Positions 61,201-64,000 of a stretch of DNA of 64,000 bases are shown one piece after another. The notes under the pieces are model-generated. The model worked only from the letters and a program-made list of their open reading frames with translations, ran no database searches and was not told the origin of the DNA. This DNA comes from Pavona decussata. Taxonomy: Eukaryota. The position numbers were made by a program, and so were the translations under genes. The stretch is from assembly GCA_977016875.1 (NCBI GenBank), contig CDRNST010000070.1, positions 992,001 to 1,056,000 on the forward strand, read 5' to 3'. Position 1 is the first letter of the stretch. Every line of letters begins with the position of its first letter.

Positions 61201-63844
61201 GAATAATTTCATATAATAAAATATAAAAAATAAAAAAGGAAAAATCAATAAATATGTCCTCCTGCGAGGACATAACAGTTAATAAATTGGTAATAACATT
61301 GTACAGAATCACCTTGTGCGATGTTTGGTGAATGTTTGCTCGTAAAGCCACTGAACAACTTGGGCGACGAACAATACAGACAACTCTCGCCTTGCGGATA
61401 CCTCGCTATTACGGACACCCCGATAATACGGACAGCAGCTAAGTCACCGCAAAAAATATATTACAGACGTTCGACTGAAATATAAAATCCCGTTATTACG
61501 GACTCTCGGGTCCCCGGGGGTGTCCGCAATAAAGGGAGTTGACTGTACTGGATATCAATGTTTAGTCGTTTGTAAAGTCAAGGAGCCCCTGCATGTTAGC
61601 CGAACACATGTGATACCGTGGTATAAGCCTTCTGGATTGTTAAAAGGATTTAACACTGAGGGGGGAAAAGTTATACTCGATATAACAAAGATCAAGCGTC
61701 TACACTCACCCAGCGCTAAGACATCCTGTATCTTCCCTGCAAGAGATCACGCTTACAGCGGCACCAGGTATAAGCACCTCTTCGTCCGTTTTTCCCGCGC
61801 TGACCGACACTTCCTGATGGTACCCCCCTCGGGGAGCTTCTTTCAACACCTCGCATACTGTATTCACTATCCTCAACACTTCTTCTTCGTCCTGTTCAAT
61901 TGTAAGCGACAATAGGTAACGAAGCTGGGAGACGAGGCTCGCGGGGTCGCTGAAAAACAGTGCACTCGGCTGCAAGGTGTTGGCCGTGAGGCAATGACGG
62001 GGATCTGGGGCTGAGTGTGGTGACGTCATGGTGATCGTGCCATCATTCTGTGGTGGAGCCAATAGTTGAGTGGCAAGAGTTTGTAGGAGGGACAATATGT
62101 CTGTAAGGTAACAGAATTGAGGTTTATAAGTTGCCACATTAGCATCGTAAATGCTGTAGCGTCACAAGGCAAAAGCTTTTCCTTAGAGCAAAAAGTCGAT
62201 AACTCGAACCAACGTTAACCTTAACTTCTTGTTGACTCGAGCCAAAAGTAGTCCCCCTTAAAAAAAAAAAACAAAAAAACAAAAACAAAAGATAGCCCCT
62301 TCATAAAGCAATTTAGAGCAGAATACACCGCGATTACCATGTTTATAGCATTAATGAATGGCACCGGTTTCTGCTTCGGTTGTGAAAATTTTCACAAGAT
62401 CATAACTTTTTTTTCCGATTCGTATACCACGTACATCACTAGTATAGGCCACCTTTACGCTTCAGACGACTTCCTGTTGGGTTTCTTAGCCTTTCTTACC
62501 TGTTATCTGGTTGTGACTCTCAGCCTGCCTTGACAACAACCTGGTGTGCGCCTCTCTACAGTACATCCGGGTTAGACAAGCCTCGTTTCTGAGTAGTTCG
62601 CAATAAATGTCTACACGCATGCGGTCCTCGCTACACAGAGCCAGCGACGAGGAGCGTGCTAGGCCAGCAGTGGGCCGCTCCAAGGCCGTAATTGGATACC
62701 AGAATCTCATAAGTGTACCCTCCTCACGGTTATACGTTTCCACTTCGGCTAAACCTTTAGCCTGTACAAACAAATAAAGAAACCAACTCAACTTACTAAC
62801 ATGCCTTTTCTCGACATAAAAGTTTACCATAGCAACAGCATAACCTGTTAAAAACACCCCTAATTTTACCTTTAAGTGGTTATAACTCAAACACGAGCTC
62901 GATGACCCCCAATTTTTATTAAGGAATTTTAATTAGCATGTTGAGATACAACTTTCGCAAAGTTAAAAAAGATTCTATGAGGGGTTTCTGAACCCCTCTG
63001 AGCCATCAACTGGAAGTTTCCACCTGTACAAAAATAAAGTTCATTTCGGAGTAAGCCGAGGCCCTATCCTTAACGTTCGTAATAAGCGGTAACAGCTTCA
63101 TGGACAAACTGTGGAATGAACTGGATGCAAGTAAACCCCTCAAATATTACCTACCATGTTCACTAAAAAAAGGTGAGCGAATCTCCTACCATCCAAGAAA
63201 AAAGTACGGAGACTTGGCAGTTAAAAAACGTTTATAAATAAATTACCTTGTCAACATTCTTTACCACTCCCGTGAGACCAAATGTCTTCTTCATGTCCGG
63301 CACTGCAAAGCCCGGTAGAGAGGAAGCCTGGTTCAGAGTGGTGCTGTTTATGATAACAGGCTGACCCGGTTTCAGGCCTCCTGCGCTCACTTTGTTGACG
63401 TCAGCTTTTACGTCATCAAGATTAGGAAACTGCAGGGATGACGGGATACCACCGTTGTCTTCGTATAAATCCGCCACTGTAGCAATAGCGATTTCTATCA
63501 TGCCTAACAAACCGACACCATAAACAAAACTTTGAAACGATTCCTCACTACAGTGAAACAAACTCCACCTCACACCCAACCCCACCTACCTGCCAGGAGC
63601 GCCCCCCTGATTTGTTCGAGTCCTGACTGCCGGTCAGTATTTGAACGGAACCGTCTTCTGATAACTGGAAACACTTTGTCCTCCCAGGCTTTGACCAACA
63701 GACGGGAGGGGTCCATCGGTGGTGCCTCACCCGCCTGGCTGGTACCCTCCTCTGTGACACGCAGAGGCGCCGCAGGACCCACATCTGTCATCCTGTCATA
63801 ACTGCTGGACAACTTGTACTGGAGGCACGACAGCGGGTCGTACT
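49140..63844 (-). CDS. HECTD4: HECTD4-like HECT E3 ubiquitin ligase, 3' part (17 exons, about 1650 aa; 5' end beyond window)
   Basis: Spliced translation includes GSFRHF..ELQ, LLGIALRSDIPLALDLLPSFWK, FVKFACNQER, VPPYPMKI, RYIRVETCMFMVKLPQYS..CREDPL, matching HECTD4 as recalled. All phases consistent. Confidence 0.92.
49785..50080 (-). mobile_element. tRNA-headed SINE; related fragments at 31195-31285, 49360-49510 and 59660-59845 (+)
   Basis: Minus head ggaggcgcagtggtgg..ggtggttcgagg; shared core tataaat(g/a)ggtacc.g.gacatactgctg.gggtaacc. Confidence 0.7.
50535..50676 (-). CDS. HECTD4: HECTD4-like exon
   Basis: DQLRKFVKFACNQERLP..VPPYPMKIGPPDG. Confidence 0.93.
51257..51495. mobile_element. 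Harbinger-like MITE; related end at 14084-14148
   Basis: TIR ccagttgttcaaaggccggataactttatcc / ggataaagttatccggcctctgaacaactgg. Confidence 0.8.
51744..51827 (-). CDS. HECTD4: HECTD4-like exon
   Basis: AHTAYVAGVKETDVHIEYFWNSMESFSQ. Confidence 0.92.
52022..52170 (+). mobile_element. Degenerate hammerhead-bearing Penelope/retrozyme-type repeat
   Basis: cTTGACGA-A-GGGC(TAAT)GCTT-GAAAT-GTC, a mutated CUGANGA..GAAAC-GUC core. Confidence 0.55.
52360..52555 (-). CDS. HECTD4: HECTD4-like exon
   Basis: WENHKSYVEAIRELR..AVRCGLSSVVPL..CGLPSLDLGFLK. Confidence 0.92.
52686..52813 (-). CDS. HECTD4: HECTD4-like exon
   Basis: FVYTSLDGEEVELCKDGANIPVT. Confidence 0.92.
53330..53482 (-). CDS. HECTD4: HECTD4-like exon
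   Basis: LLGIALRSDIPLALDLLPSFWKSL. Confidence 0.93.
53750..53818 (-). CDS. HECTD4: HECTD4-like exon
   Basis: GKFIMKPGSMTYAEEKLLIFFGQ. Confidence 0.9.
53901..54026 (-). ncRNA. Candidate intronic C/D-box-like structured RNA
   Basis: Terminal stem TCCAATTcGG / CCaAATTGGA enclosing GTGATGC (C-like) and CTGA (D); long internal stem; about 95 nt from the 3' splice site. Confidence 0.35.
54186..54289 (-). CDS. HECTD4: HECTD4-like exon
   Basis: GSFRHFMWLMARELQ..PCPSSAANKNK. Confidence 0.9.
54910..55065 (-). CDS. HECTD4: HECTD4-like exon
   Basis: FCQAARHI..VATGGDPVFPLKVQLRGEQVLGS. Confidence 0.9.
55096..55283. mobile_element. piggyBac-like MITE
   Basis: TTAA|ccctttaa ... ttaaaggg|TTAA; same family as 5493-5708. 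Confidence 0.8.
55786..56052 (-). CDS. HECTD4: HECTD4-like exon
   Basis: SLRSRFAFLKSLN..LLPVTDLR..ARGLLFYHTK..PEVSLDPLE. Confidence 0.9.
56087..56675. mobile_element. Tc1/mariner (pogo-like) MITE
   Basis: TA|cagtcgaacctc ... gaggttcaactg|TA; subterminal acggccac repeats. Confidence 0.82.
57046..57236 (-). CDS. HECTD4: HECTD4-like exon
   Basis: WPVTRDHALVLYVDTLCR..TPSRLMPDE. Confidence 0.88.
57829..59201 (-). CDS. HECTD4: HECTD4-like large exon
   Basis: 452-aa ORF; ends VRAIWKGVIACGYDLQFHR. Confidence 0.9.
59340..59610 (-). mobile_element. tRNA-derived repeat
   Basis: Minus strand TAGCTCAGTCGG (A box) and GGTTCGAATCC (B box) at 59424-59495. Confidence 0.7.
60152..60953 (-). CDS. HECTD4: HECTD4-like exon
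   Basis: 278-aa ORF; FSSYLQALL. Confidence 0.88.
61377..61545. mobile_element. Tc1/mariner (pogo-like) MITE
   Basis: TA|cagacaactc ... gagttgactg|TA; internal acggac repeats. Confidence 0.78.
61710..62100 (-). CDS. HECTD4: HECTD4-like exon
   Basis: 143-aa ORF with matching splice phases. Confidence 0.85.
62500..62761 (-). CDS. HECTD4: HECTD4-like exon
   Basis: VETYNREEGTLMRFWYPITALERP..RMYCR. Confidence 0.87.
63247..63503 (-). CDS. HECTD4: HECTD4-like exon
   Basis: GMIEIAIATVADLYEDNGGIP..MKKTFGLTGVV. Confidence 0.87.
63590..63844 (-). CDS. HECTD4: HECTD4-like exon
   Basis: YKLSSSYD..AWEDKVFPVIRRRFR..SGLEQIRGALLA. Confidence 0.87.
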
Positions 63845-64000
63845 CTGTAATTATAAGAGGAAAGTTCTTGTTGGTTGTAATTTTTCAGTCGTAGACAAGT
63901 TGTAGCTTTGATTCACGTTAAACACTCCTTGTAGTGAGTAGGGCGTGAGCAATTTGATGGGACAAGTGAAAAGCCTTACAAAGGCCTAGCTAAATTAGGA

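Overview
Eukaryotic, intron-rich animal DNA. The repeat families look anthozoan (stony-coral-like); this is an inference. Three protein-coding genes can be spliced by hand from GT-AG sites. (1) The last coding exon of an MNT/MXD-like bHLH-ZIP gene (+, 637-1260). (2) A complete MORC2-like GHKL ATPase/CW-finger gene (+, 22171-47950; 41 coding exons, about 1013 aa by my reconstruction), with micro-exons and a recently duplicated exon. (3) The 3' 17 exons of a HECTD4-like HECT E3 ligase (-, 49140-63844; the gene continues beyond the window), convergent with MORC2. The rest is a mosaic of RTE/CR1-type LINE fragments, tRNA-derived SINEs, MITEs and hammerhead-bearing Penelope-type remnants. The most interesting unexplained signal is a putative spliced, hairpin-rich transcript with only short ORFs. 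It runs divergently from the MORC2 promoter (-, about 21750 to about 16340), the position TUG1 occupies in mammals. No sequence homology to TUG1 is visible, so this is a hypothesis. A C/D-box-like structured RNA candidate sits in a HECTD4 intron. Most short ORFs in the supplied track are spurious.
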